Below, piece after piece: positions 9,389 to 18,181 of a stretch of 64,000 nucleotides of DNA. The notes beneath the pieces were generated by a model. It was not told the DNA's origin, ran no database searches, and saw only the letters and a list, made by a program, of their open reading frames with translations. Each line of letters opens with the position of its first letter. The first letter of the stretch is position 1. The DNA is taken from positions 109,377-173,376 of the forward strand of contig CAVYCR010000003.1 of assembly GCA_963767115.1 (NCBI GenBank), in the 5' to 3' direction. A program made the translations under genes and the position numbers. The DNA is from Candidatus Kaiserbacteria bacterium (lineage in GTDB: Bacteria > Patescibacteriota > Minisyncoccia > Phycocordibacterales > UBA2100).

Positions 9389-9655
9389 ATGTTAATCACA
9401 CTTGTAGCGGTACTTTGTCATTCTGTATCCGGGATTCCAGAACCCGTCTGCGTAGAGGAGATTGTCACTGATAACGACATGAGCGGCATTACTTGGATGT
9501 CGTGTCAGGTCTCGGCGCAAGAAGGCATCTCGAAATGGATGTCCGAAAACCCGAAGTACGCCGCGAGCATCGAGGCGCCGCACGCGGAAGGTTCCTGGCA
9601 TCTTTCCAAATGGAAATGCGTTCCCGGTCAGTACTCGATAGCAGGGAAGGCATAA
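9389..9655 (+). CDS. small secreted Cys-containing protein
   Basis: A ribosome-binding site (gaaggaagg) is followed by MLITLVAVLCHSVSG, a signal-peptide-like N-terminus. Confidence 0.35.
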   Translation: MLITLVAVLCHSVSGIPEPVCVEEIVTDNDMSGITWMSCQVSAQEGISKWMSENPKYAASIEAPHAEGSWHLSKWKCVPGQYSIAGKA

Positions 9656-9953
9656 TGAGAGGAGAAGGAAATGGCACGATACGAAGGGCGCCGCGACCGG
9701 CAACCTTGCAGGATATGTCCGGAAGACGCCCATATCATCGCAATCATTGGCGGGTATCCATGTCTCTTCTGTTCGAAGACACACGAGCTCACCTACAGAG
9801 CCCTCGCCACCGGAAGCGGAGGCGGTCTCAAGAAGAAATCGCATTATACACTCGACGGAGCATTCGACTCCTCGAGTGTCTCTGTTTTATGCGATCCAAT
9901 CTTTCTTACATCCTACCCCAGCACGACAGCAATTCTACCGTCGATACGTTATC

Positions 9954-10128
9954 ACCTTGAGTGCAGAGCCAGAAGCATCATTTCAACGTCCACAGACATC
10001 CTTCTGTGGTTTGTTGTGGCCCTCGGTGGCGCGAGTATTATTGCCGTCCTACGCTTTCCCCTACCATCCCCGAAAACCCTTGTGTTCCCTCACCATTGTA
10101 GGTTCGAAGGTCGTTCAACATGCGGAGC
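9954..10128. repeat. intergenic repeat R2, copy 1 (about 175 bp); second copy at 14035-14218
   Basis: This is an about 85% identical direct repeat (accttgagtgcag.gc.agaagc.tcatttcaacgtccac.gacatccttctgtgg.ttg.tgtggccctc...). Both copies end ...gtaggttcgaaggtcgttcaacatgcggagc, which partly resembles the 3' T-arm/acceptor of the tRNA-Asn at 6885. Confidence 0.8.
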
Positions 10129-10200
10129 AAACTTGACACAGTGTGCATACTGTGATATTAAATTTATGGACAATCTCGTCCTTTAAGAAAGAGGTGCTTC

Positions 10201-10566
10201 GTGACCGAAGTCGAAAGCTGTGGCCTCAAAATCGAGGACTTTGTGAAAACGATACAGCCCGATGGCACTGTCGTTTTTACTCACAAGACCTTCAATGACC
10301 GTATCGAGCTCACGCCGAATCAATCGCCGCTCTGGTTCTTCTTGAAAATCAGAGAGTTCTCGGAGAAACACGGTGTTCTGATGTGTCCCGAGATGGCGAA
10401 GCTGACTAACGGACTTGAGGCTGACTTTTACGGCGGTCTGGAACGTTTCGAGCACGAACTATCAGCGTCTATGGACCGAGATCTCGACGACGCATTCGAT
10501 GCGGAGATATTCGGATCAGACGAAGACGATATTATGCTCGGCTTTGAGCTCGCAAAGAGAAAATAG
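10201..10566 (+). CDS. small acidic hypothetical protein (GTG start)
   Basis: The ribosome-binding site aagaaagagg precedes GTG at 10201. 121 aa, acidic C-terminus. Confidence 0.4.
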   Translation: MTEVESCGLKIEDFVKTIQPDGTVVFTHKTFNDRIELTPNQSPLWFFLKIREFSEKHGVLMCPEMAKLTNGLEADFYGGLERFEHELSASMDRDLDDAFDAEIFGSDEDDIMLGFELAKRK

Positions 10567-10785
10567 GAGACCGCTATGTCTACAAGACCGTAACCCCGCC
10601 CGATGTGGCGGGGTTTTTTATTGAGAGGTTTAAAAAGTTCAGCTCATCCGCAATACGTTTCCAGTCCAAAGTTCTGAACGCATCCAATCGGCGGAGCTTG
10701 ACATTCTGGCATAATATATTAAAATACCGATTAGTTTTGAAAGTGCATCATTTTGATGTGCTCGCACGTTGAAAAGAGGTCTGAC

Positions 10786-11451
10786 ATGGAAAATCGCCAT
10801 ATCTCCGAAGCTCACAAGTGGCTCGGTCATCTACGCAACGGCACCGACATGTACGACTCGTTCATCGGCCACGTTCGCAAGGAAGCCCATAAAGGCAACC
10901 TCACGCTCGAAGATGTCGGCACCAGCGAAGCCGAACTTGCCGAAGTGAAGGTGAAGGGTTGCAAGACCGCCGCCAACAAGTGGCTCGGTCATCTACGCAA
11001 CGGCACCGACATGTACGACTCGTTCATCGGCCACGTTCGCAAGGAAGCCCATAAAGGCAACCTCACGCTCGAAGATGTCGGCACCAGCGAAGCCGAACTT
11101 GCCGAAGTGAAGGTGAAGGGTTGCAAGACCGCCGCCAACAAGTGGCTCGGTCATCTACGCAACGGCACCGACATGTACGACTCGTTCATCGGCCACGTTC
11201 GCGAGGAAGCCCAGAAGGGCGGCCTCACGCTCGAAGATGTCGGCACCAGCGAAGCCGAACTTGCCGAAGTGAAGGTGAAGGGTTGCAAGACCGCCGCCAA
11301 CAAGTGGCTCGGTCATCTACGCAACGGCACCGACATGTACGACTCGTTCATCGGCCACGTTCGCGAGGAAGCCCAGAAGGGCGGCCTCACGCTCGAAGAT
11401 GTCGGCACGAGCGAGGAGGAGCTTGCATCTCTCAATCGCCACGTCGCCTGA
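10786..11451 (+). CDS. tandem-repeat protein (about 4 x 54-aa repeat KWLGHLRNGTDMYDSFIGHVRKEAHKGNLTLEDVGTSEAELAEVKVKGCKTAAN)
   Basis: The ribosome-binding site AAAGAGG precedes ATG 10786. Four near-identical 162-bp DNA repeats span 10816-11451, and copies 1/2 and 3/4 are pairwise identical. Confidence 0.6.
   Translation: MENRHISEAHKWLGHLRNGTDMYDSFIGHVRKEAHKGNLTLEDVGTSEAELAEVKVKGCKTAANKWLGHLRNGTDMYDSFIGHVRKEAHKGNLTLEDVGTSEAELAEVKVKGCKTAANKWLGHLRNGTDMYDSFIGHVREEAQKGGLTLEDVGTSEAELAEVKVKGCKTAANKWLGHLRNGTDMYDSFIGHVREEAQKGGLTLEDVGTSEEELASLNRHVA
10816..11451 (+). repeat. 162-bp tandem repeat x about 3.9 (coding)
   Basis: The direct repeats are nearly perfect at nucleotide level. The alternative-frame ORF 11121..11588 is an artefact of the repeat. 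Confidence 0.85.
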
Positions 11452-11470
11452 CACTTGCACAATCAACCGA

Positions 11471-11500
11471 AAGCCGCCCTTCCACAAGGCGGCTTTTCAC
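11471..11500 (+). terminator. intrinsic terminator after the repeat-protein gene
   Basis: The stem aagccgcc ... ggcggctt is followed by tttt. Confidence 0.65.
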
Positions 11501-11504
11501 TTTA

Positions 11505-11657
11505 TGCAAAACTCAATCCGTTCAATTCCCTCTCCACGCCCGCCCAATTAATCGTTCGAAAAGCGTCCAGTTCGGGGAGCATCCATAAAATACGTTGATT
11601 TTGCTTGCTATTTTAGATACGTAGGTAGGACAATCGAACCTAGCGAGAAATTACCGC
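11505..11657. repeat. intergenic repeat R1, copy 2
   Basis: See copy 1 at 7739-7891. Confidence 0.75.
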
Positions 11658-11764
11658 AACGCGATTGCGCTTCGCTAGAGAATTTACAACCAACAATGTA
11701 TCATTGCCAGGAGTGGACTTCAGTAATATAGTCGTGCTGGATCACTTGAACATAGGTGAGAATC

Positions 11765-12058
11765 ATGGACATACCGAAACATTCCGTCGTACGAGACCTA
11801 GCGGGCGATGTCATAAGTCCAATAAATCTTCCACCCCCTGGTTATTCCCGGTGGACGCCCAACAAAAAGGCCATTGTCGTCCGTGCTGTACGCGCCGGTC
11901 TTGTGACACTACAAAGCGTGCTCGACCGTTATCAAATGACAGAACAAGAGTTTTCGATTTGGGAACATGGCTTGTACGATGACGGAGCGACAGGGTTAAA
12001 GATTACAAAGTATCAGAAGCGTAGAAGAAAAAGGGCAGCGAGTTCTGGTAAAGATTAA
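11765..12058 (+). CDS. DUF1153-like small HTH protein
   Basis: The sequence ...YSRWTPNKKAIVVRAVRAGLVTLQSVLDRYQMTEQEFSIWEHGLYDDGATGLKITKYQKRRR matches the DUF1153 pattern (RWTxxRKAxVVxAVxxGxLSLEEAxxRYxLSxEEFxxW). Confidence 0.4.
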   Translation: MDIPKHSVVRDLAGDVISPINLPPPGYSRWTPNKKAIVVRAVRAGLVTLQSVLDRYQMTEQEFSIWEHGLYDDGATGLKITKYQKRRRKRAASSGKD

Positions 12059-12066
12059 AAAGAAAT

Positions 12067-12088
12067 GGGTCGACCTTTCGGTCGACCC
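12067..12088. terminator. bidirectional hairpin between convergent genes (gggtcgacc-tttc-ggtcgaccc)
   Basis: A perfect 9-bp stem sits between the stops of 11765..12058 (+) and 12099..13034 (-). Confidence 0.55.
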
Positions 12089-12098
12089 TTCTACTTTA

Positions 12099-13034
12099 CT
12101 ATCCCCGCGAGATTCTTCGAGCAACATCGCGCAGTAGATCCGTAATTCCGACCACGCCAGAGTTCAGTGAAATTTGACTTGGATTTTCACTGATAGGCTC
12201 ATTCGATGATCCGAGCACATAGCCGCGCCCCCATACGGTCACGATGAGTTTCCCCGCATCGGGATGCGCATCGGTGAGCTTCTTACGTAATTTGCATACG
12301 AAGACGTCAATGATTTTCATCTCCGGCTCATCGTCTAATCCACCGGTGTATAGCTGAGTCAAAATCATTTCTTTCGAGAGAACACGTCCAGCCGTCGACG
12401 CTAACAGCAACATCAAAGCAAGCTCTTTGCCAGTGAGTTCGACCGGTCTCTCATTAATCAACACTGATTTGGTTGTCAGGTTGACTTTGAGCCTTGCTTC
12501 GCCGCTTTCGCATTCGAATATGTCAAGCAAGGCTCCTTTGAAACGCCTCGTGGCGGCTCGTAGTGATGCAACGAGCTCGCGAGGGTTCTCAGGTCCTCGC
12601 AATAGATCGTCGCCGCCATTTTCAAGAAACATGGCGCGATGGTCGCCCCACACTCTATCTTCTGATCCACGCGAAATGCCGATGAGCGGCATTGTCATTT
12701 TATTCACTCGCAAGCCACGAGCAAAGTAAATGCCAAGACCACTCTTCTCAAGATCGATAACACCAGCATCGCATGGGCCATTTAGGAGCCAGGCCCGCAA
12801 GTCCTCGGTATTCTCGACATCTTCTTGTTCAACGGCGATACCATTATCGCGTAAGAAAACGATTGTGGTACTGTCGAGTCCTGCTGCAAAGACCTTCATA
12901 GCCACCTCCATTGAGAACTGGTTAAACGCTAGTTCTATAGCGGAGTAAAACACAGCATATTGGTAAAGTCCACATAGAAAAAATGGGCCCCGAGGGGCCC
13001 ACGATAGTAGTCCACGTCGAAGGTGATCATTCAC
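12099..13034 (-). CDS. OmpR/PhoB-type winged-helix transcriptional regulator with atypical N-terminal receiver-like domain
   Basis: The C-terminus (ERPVELTGKELALMLLLASTAGRVLSKEMILTQLY...CKLRKKLTDAHPDAGKLIVTVWGRGYVL) is a Trans_reg_C domain. The N-terminal 190 aa are only weakly receiver-like and lack the N-terminal acidic pair. Confidence 0.55.
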   Translation of the reverse strand: MNDHLRRGLLSWAPRGPFFLCGLYQYAVFYSAIELAFNQFSMEVAMKVFAAGLDSTTIVFLRDNGIAVEQEDVENTEDLRAWLLNGPCDAGVIDLEKSGLGIYFARGLRVNKMTMPLIGISRGSEDRVWGDHRAMFLENGGDDLLRGPENPRELVASLRAATRRFKGALLDIFECESGEARLKVNLTTKSVLINERPVELTGKELALMLLLASTAGRVLSKEMILTQLYTGGLDDEPEMKIIDVFVCKLRKKLTDAHPDAGKLIVTVWGRGYVLGSSNEPISENPSQISLNSGVVGITDLLRDVARRISRG

Positions 13035-14016
13035 CTACGATCGCCTTGTGTATATCGCCAAGGTATCCGATAAGCTGCTGGACCAGCTTGGCGTCATACT
13101 CGCGGTCAACTTTCTCATTATCGCGAGTTCCGTACAGCGCATTGACGTCTAGATCTTGGTGTACGCGACGCGCTCGATTGAGCGTGCCTCCGATAAAGGC
13201 CTTGAGCGCCTTGTAGTCATCGGACGGTTTGCGCATACGCCCGCTGATGCCGTAACCACTTTTGCCTGTTTTCACTGAGATAAGTGTCCGAGTTTCCACG
13301 ACACCAAGGTTGCGTTCGATTGCTTCCCTGGCAATGGTAACTTGGAGCGCCGGGTCGTTGGTGCTTCGTGCAATGTCAATCGCTGCCGTCACGGTCAAGC
13401 GTTCATCCTTATGTCTTGTCGGGTCCATAAGTAGCTTAACCACATCAGGCAAAGTGTGCATCTGCAAGTAGCCGTCGACGTGCGTGAAGGACTTCTTCAC
13501 AATTGTCGCAATCTCGGTGACCCGTGCACGATGACTTCCCGTACCTTCATCATAAAGACGCTGGTATGCTGCCGCCTCGTCCTGCGGAATAAGATCCTCA
13601 CGATTCAGGTTATCGAGCAATGCTTCTCGGAAGTGATGCCGCTCATCGTTGACTGTGTCAATGAAGCATTTAACGAGCGGGTCACCGCCATTGCGTTCTT
13701 GAATGATGCCGAATGCCCGCAATCTACGTTCACCACCGATAAGTACGAACACACCTTTCTCAGATGAATGCTTGCAGACTCGCACAGGGGTCTTTTGACC
13801 ATCCCGTTCAATAGCGTCAGCAAGATCATCTAGCCCCCTCGGATCAAAGTACCGTCGGGGCTGACCATCGAAGCGTTGGATGCGACTGAGTTTAACAAGA
13901 AGTGGCTGACCAAGCCCGCTCTCATCGCTATTTTCAATAACACGCAGTGCTAGCTTATTCATCTCTACCTCCTTTTGGGTTGCATTTAGATCAAAACTCA
14001 ACCGATAATGCCACAT
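13027..14016 (-). CDS. ParB-like nuclease/partition domain protein
   Basis: The ParB N-terminal motif VLIGGERRLRAF (GERRxRA) is present. The probable true start is MNKLALRV, slightly downstream of the listed start. Confidence 0.65.
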   Translation of the reverse strand: MWHYRLSFDLNATQKEVEMNKLALRVIENSDESGLGQPLLVKLSRIQRFDGQPRRYFDPRGLDDLADAIERDGQKTPVRVCKHSSEKGVFVLIGGERRLRAFGIIQERNGGDPLVKCFIDTVNDERHHFREALLDNLNREDLIPQDEAAAYQRLYDEGTGSHRARVTEIATIVKKSFTHVDGYLQMHTLPDVVKLLMDPTRHKDERLTVTAAIDIARSTNDPALQVTIAREAIERNLGVVETRTLISVKTGKSGYGISGRMRKPSDDYKALKAFIGGTLNRARRVHQDLDVNALYGTRDNEKVDREYDAKLVQQLIGYLGDIHKAIVGE

Positions 14017-14034
14017 CTTAGAAATTACACAACG

Positions 14035-14218
14035 ACCTTGAGTGCAGGGCTAGAAGCGTCATTTCAACGTCCACTGACATCCTTCTGTGGCTTGCTGTGG
14101 CCCTCTGGGGCGCGTGCATTACGGTTGTCCCATGTTTTCCCTCACCGACCCTGAAAACCCTTGTTTTGCCTCAAGGTTTAGGTTCGAAGGTCGTTCAACA
14201 TGCGGAGCCCAATAGGCA
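14035..14218. repeat. intergenic repeat R2, copy 2
   Basis: See copy 1. The 3' end of the excisionase-like gene overlaps the last about 24 bp of this copy. Confidence 0.8.
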
Positions 14219-14419
14219 TACTGATTTTTGCGTTTTATGAGACGCTAAGAAGCTTTCAAATTCTCTGGTCTCAATGCGAAATTCTTTGCCGAATTTGTAC
14301 GCCTTAAGCCTCCCTGCCTTTATATAGCGGTAGATCGTCATTACGTTAACACGGAGCGAGTCTGCGAGTTCCTGAGCGGTATAGAAGTCTTTCTCCTTCG
14401 CCATAATGTTTAGAATCAT
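14195..14419 (-). CDS. excisionase-family helix-turn-helix DNA-binding protein
   Basis: YTAQELADSLRVNVMTIYRYIKAGRLKAYKFGKEFRIETREFESFL matches the HTH_17/Xis pattern. Confidence 0.65.
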   Translation of the reverse strand: MILNIMAKEKDFYTAQELADSLRVNVMTIYRYIKAGRLKAYKFGKEFRIETREFESFLASHKTQKSVCLLGSAC

Positions 14420-14432
14420 ACCTTACAATGCT

Positions 14433-15545
14433 TTACACGCCAAACGTGCCTGTGGACACGCGGAGCGGCTCATAATGCGCAAGGGCGCGATCTACCTGCC
14501 CAATCCAATTATGCTCGGGAAACACGCCCTCAATGCGCTTTAAATCCCCTAGGACGCGTCTGTGCCATGCTTCCCTAGAGAAGCTCCGCGAAAGGGTCGC
14601 TCTGAATCCACGCATTCCATCTGCATCCTTTGAGAGCATGGCAAGCCCCGCGAGGTATATTGCCTCTTTTGCATCCTTTGCAATTTTCTTGCGAAGAATC
14701 AGCTCAAACATGGTTTGCGGCTGGACCGGAGACGTAAGAATTGAAACACTGGCTTTCTTTATGGCCTCCCATTCCCGCCGTAGTGCCGCCATAGCGACGC
14801 CGTGGCTGAATACATCCTTGAACAGCACCTCGTCTTTGTTTTTCGGACCGAATACTGCCTGTCTTACCTCCTTTTTATTGCCATATCGCGCCTCTATCCG
14901 GAGAATCTCCGGCACAAGTTCCACCTTTTTCCAGTCGAACAGTGAAAGTTGTTTTGCCGTTTGCTCTTTGTCTACAGCCTTAGATTTTGGCCTTAGAAGG
15001 TCTTTTACTTTGTCGTAGAACACCACCTCGCGATCATGCGTGTGAGCCAGATGAAGGGCATGGCCAGCATCCGGAAAACGGTCCCTTTCTATGCCGAGAT
15101 ACCTTGGAAGGTCGACTTTGCCAAGATCGCTCAATATCGGCTGAACGCTATAACCATCTTTGAGAACTATGTTTTTCCCAAAATGCACTGCGGATACTAT
15201 CGCAGTCCGTAAATGCTCTATCGTTACGAAAATATCCTGCTCCCTCAACGTATCGCGTAGCTTTTCGAGGACCGCTGGAAAATCTGCGTCCGAAAACTCG
15301 TTTACATTATCTCCCCACATCATCTTAGGGAGTGAGACCTCAAACTGCAAAGAGAATCCTTCGCCACGCCTTATTACTCGTAAACGAGGCCGCGTCTTGC
15401 CGTCTTTTTTCTGTTCGGTAGTATGCGGTTTGAGCCATTTTTGATACCCGCTTCGCCTGCTATTTAGCTCCCATTTTTGCCCATCCGGATTTGTTATACG
15501 GGCAAAAGTATTGCTGTTCAAAGTCAAAACGATTGTATCTATCAT
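14433..15545 (-). CDS. Rep_trans-like (rolling-circle type) replication initiation protein
   Basis: The N-terminus MIDTIVLTL.. resembles the IDYLSFTF start of the family. VVFYDKVKDLL resembles the RIYdK motif and ILRIEARYGNKKE resembles the lwRvEielk motif of pT181-type Rep proteins. Assigned from motifs only. Confidence 0.45.
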   Translation of the reverse strand: MIDTIVLTLNSNTFARITNPDGQKWELNSRRSGYQKWLKPHTTEQKKDGKTRPRLRVIRRGEGFSLQFEVSLPKMMWGDNVNEFSDADFPAVLEKLRDTLREQDIFVTIEHLRTAIVSAVHFGKNIVLKDGYSVQPILSDLGKVDLPRYLGIERDRFPDAGHALHLAHTHDREVVFYDKVKDLLRPKSKAVDKEQTAKQLSLFDWKKVELVPEILRIEARYGNKKEVRQAVFGPKNKDEVLFKDVFSHGVAMAALRREWEAIKKASVSILTSPVQPQTMFELILRKKIAKDAKEAIYLAGLAMLSKDADGMRGFRATLSRSFSREAWHRRVLGDLKRIEGVFPEHNWIGQVDRALAHYEPLRVSTGTFGV

Positions 15546-15547
15546 AT

Positions 15548-15763
15548 TTATTCGCTATCTAATAATTTGCCATCTTCGGCGTCTAAACGTCGTTCGATCT
15601 CCAACAGTTTGCCGAAAAAACGTCCAACTTCCGGAATCGAAAAATCGCTAGCAACGATCACGCACGTAGACTCTTTACCTTTTGTATCGTTTGCTGTAGG
15701 CATGTACAACACACTCGCACGCGCCGCATAATGCGTCGTAGTAGGCGGACTGCTTCGGTCCAC
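15548..15763 (-). CDS. small hypothetical protein (71 aa) upstream of the Rep gene
   Basis: It is tightly packed on the same strand. No homology signal. Confidence 0.25.
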   Translation of the reverse strand: MDRSSPPTTTHYAARASVLYMPTANDTKGKESTCVIVASDFSIPEVGRFFGKLLEIERRLDAEDGKLLDSE

Positions 15764-16187
15764 ATAGGACGTTATCCTACAAGGGACTCTTATCTATCGG
15801 CCGCGCTCTATTCAGGGAATACAAATCAAGCCACTATCTATATGAGCGATGAGGTTGAAGCCAGTCTGCCGACCAGTGTGCAAGCGTATGTTTCTCCTGT
15901 CTCCTCGAATACAAACGCCTTGAATATCCAAAACTGGTCCATTGCAGAGCTTGGTGTGCCGCCGTATCCAGAGAATAGGATTTACGAGAGCGTGGCAAAG
16001 GAGGTATGTGCCTTGTCCAACAAGCCTACTCAACTAAATCTCATCATTCAAGATGAGCGAATGTTCAATGATGGTCTGAAACGGAACTACACGTGCGCTG
16101 ATTTGCAGTCAAGCTACCATTGACAAATATTTAATACGTGATACAATAACATTAGCGGACTTCCCCGCACTTTGTAAGGAATCTGAA

Positions 16188-16463
16188 ATGTCGAAGCTCG
16201 TAACTCTGGCTTTTGTCATCCCCGCCTTCTTGTCCCCCGTGGCGGCAAGCGCCGACTATCTGCCGAACCCCGACGATATGACTCGGCACATCGACCGCAC
16301 TGGCAACGTGCAGCAGCAGATTGCCTCTGTCGGAATCTGCCTCAAGGTGCGTGGCATCGAGTACAAGGTCATGCAGGGCTATACGGGAACCGACATTGTC
16401 GTTTTCGGCGGCGCAAAGGCGTCGTCCGATACGAAAGCGCACATTGACGAATGTTTCAAGTAG
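16188..16463 (+). CDS. small secreted protein (signal peptide)
   Basis: The ribosome-binding site AAGGAA precedes MSKLVTLAFVIPAFLSPVAASA. Confidence 0.45.
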   Translation: MSKLVTLAFVIPAFLSPVAASADYLPNPDDMTRHIDRTGNVQQQIASVGICLKVRGIEYKVMQGYTGTDIVVFGGAKASSDTKAHIDECFK

Positions 16464-16725
16464 CCAGCAGTCCCACACTACGCCGCCACTTCGGCGGGAC
16501 GAATGCCATCGCTTCGTCTCGTACGGAGCGGCGGCATTTCTTTTTAAGTATTCATCGCAAAAGAAGGGCACCGATAGATAAACTGGCTTTTTCCCTCTAT
16601 CAAACAGGTTCTAACGTCGTCCAGTCCTCGGAGCAAAATTTGATTTTTTAATACAGAATGTTATTACTATTGCGGTTACGGACTTGGTATCCGTTGCTCA
16701 AATTCACCAATCCGAGGAGGATGCC

Positions 16726-17151
16726 GTGATAGACATTAAGGACAAAGTATTCACCGAGTGCGATTCCATCGCCAAAGATCTTGAAGGATTCAGGGCTGCG
16801 ATTCAAGGCATGTCAAAGGAAGAGGTCGTCCTTCATCTTCTTTCTCGTCCTGTGGGAGAAAACACGGCCTATGCCATCTGGGTACATGCCGATCGCCTCT
16901 CTTATAATATACCCCAGGAACTACTGAGGAAGACTGTTGAGGCCCGTAAACTCTCGCCAGACGAAGAGCCTGACACGGAGTCCGAGATCCTCGTTGAGTT
17001 CGAAGGCGAACGCTATGGCGTGAAGACGGCGTTCCTCTACGATGGCACGGGCTTAGCGGTGAGTCTCTGCGACGCGCGCTATATTGTGCCAGTCGGACCT
17101 TGGAGCCACGAGACGCCGCCCAAGCCAGAGGGTGGATGGAAATCTGCCTGA
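16726..17151 (+). CDS. hypothetical protein (GTG start after GAGGAGG)
   Basis: GAGGAGG lies 6 nt upstream of GTG 16726. The listed upstream ATG (16684) lacks a ribosome-binding site. Confidence 0.4.
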   Translation: MIDIKDKVFTECDSIAKDLEGFRAAIQGMSKEEVVLHLLSRPVGENTAYAIWVHADRLSYNIPQELLRKTVEARKLSPDEEPDTESEILVEFEGERYGVKTAFLYDGTGLAVSLCDARYIVPVGPWSHETPPKPEGGWKSA

Positions 17152-17547
17152 TCTTCTAACGAACCACAACTCGAAGGCGGCGCTGCGAAGCGTCGCTTTT
17201 CTTTTACACAAACCCTAACCTTTGAACCTCTCTTGCTATACTTCTCCACTTGAAAGTTCTGAAATCATCCAGCCTATTGGGGAAAAATGCTACCTGACAT
17301 ACTGCGATTGTTTACCTTCAATGTGTTGCTGCTGCGGTATTGAGATGTTTTCTACGGAGCATGACTGACACCATTTTCCCGATCGCACGAACAGCGTACC
17401 GTGCCTTCAAAAGACGCACGATGACCGCCCGATCTTCGCCTCCAATGTGTGTATGTGCCATATCCCAAGAGTGTGGAGGTCCTCTAGGGTGGTGCAATTA
17501 GCCTGCAAACTTTGGTGCTTTTAGAGTGAGAATTCACTCGCGTGTAT

Positions 17548-17579
17548 TTGACGCAACCAATGCAATGTTGTACATTGCA
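17548..17579 (+). promoter_or_regulatory. sigma70-like promoter (TTGACG-17-TACATT) overlapped by an 8-bp inverted-repeat operator (tgcaatgt-tgt-acattgca)
   Basis: -35 at 17548-17553, -10 at 17571-17576, inverted-repeat arms at 17561-17568 and 17572-17579. It lies 35 bp upstream of the ribosome-binding site/ATG of 17614. Confidence 0.4.
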
Positions 17580-17613
17580 AAACAGAAGGACCCGCCACGT
17601 AGGAGACTTACTA

Positions 17614-18069
17614 ATGAGCAGAACAACGTTGAATGAGAAACCCTTCGAGCATCATTGTCGCAACGGCACCACTTTCACGGCGGAGCGTTGCGATTTTGTA
17701 GGCGGCGTTACGGCCTATGTCCCCGCCGGGCTAACAGAAGCTCAAATGATGGCGGATGCGGCCGAGCTCGGAGCTTGGCACTGGGCCAATATTGTCCCGG
17801 AGCTGAATGGCTTCACTGGGGTCGCCCGATGCACTGTCATACGAGTTGGCGTGAATGGGACATGGCGACACGAGGCACTGCGCTTGCGTCGCAAACCACA
17901 GTTGCTTTTGGGTACTGTCATCAGTCTCGCCGATGTCGGCAAAATATTCGTCTTGGCTGCGGACAAGTCGTCGGGGAGGGTTGTAACCCGCGAGGACTTT
18001 CTCGCCCTCCCGCTCGATCAGATCGGCGCGTGGTATGAGATTGACGAGTTCGACATAAACGACGATTGA
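17614..18069 (+). CDS. hypothetical protein
   Basis: The ribosome-binding site AGGAGA precedes ATG 17614 (MSRTTLNEKPFEHH...). Confidence 0.45.
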   Translation: MSRTTLNEKPFEHHCRNGTTFTAERCDFVGGVTAYVPAGLTEAQMMADAAELGAWHWANIVPELNGFTGVARCTVIRVGVNGTWRHEALRLRRKPQLLLGTVISLADVGKIFVLAADKSSGRVVTREDFLALPLDQIGAWYEIDEFDINDD

Positions 18070-18181
18070 CTCGTGAGTCGTCTCTCAATAGCCGCCAGCC
18101 GCGGTTTGGCGAAAGCCAATAACGATAAACGGTCGCCGCCTATCCTCGAGGATAGGCGGCTTTTCGTGATATAGTCGTCGC

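Larger units (their letters stand above)
9954..15763. mobile_element. putative integrated plasmid/ICE-like module: ParB-like, excisionase-type HTH and Rep_trans-like initiator plus cargo; internal region bracketed by R2 direct repeats
   Basis: Mobile-element-type genes co-occur (13027..14016, 14195..14419, 14433..15545). 175-bp direct repeats sit at 9954 and 14035. The module lies downstream of tRNA-Asn and the local composition looks AT-richer. No integrase was detected, so the limits are uncertain. Confidence 0.35.

Noticed and set aside
10100-10128. The 3' ends of the R2 repeats (gtaggttcgaaggtcgttcaacatgcggagc) considered as tRNA genes or fragments.
   Set aside because: There is no complementary T-stem or acceptor pairing. 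They only partially resemble the tRNA-Asn 3' end. They are kept as a possible att-like remnant within the island finding.
9671-10186. ORF 9671..10186 (171 aa) with a good ribosome-binding site.
   Set aside because: Its 3' two-thirds are read from the R2 repeat, and the same sequence is non-coding at 14035-14218. At most a short N-terminal peptide could be real, so it is not annotated.
10816-11451. Possible CRISPR array, given the near-identical tandem repeats.
   Set aside because: The repeats are contiguous 162-bp units with no unique spacers. They form one open reading frame with a ribosome-binding site, and no cas genes are nearby.
11121-11588. ORF 11121..11588 (155 aa) with internal repeats.
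   Set aside because: It is an alternative-frame read-through of the 162-bp tandem array. It is Arg-rich and overlaps a better-supported frame.
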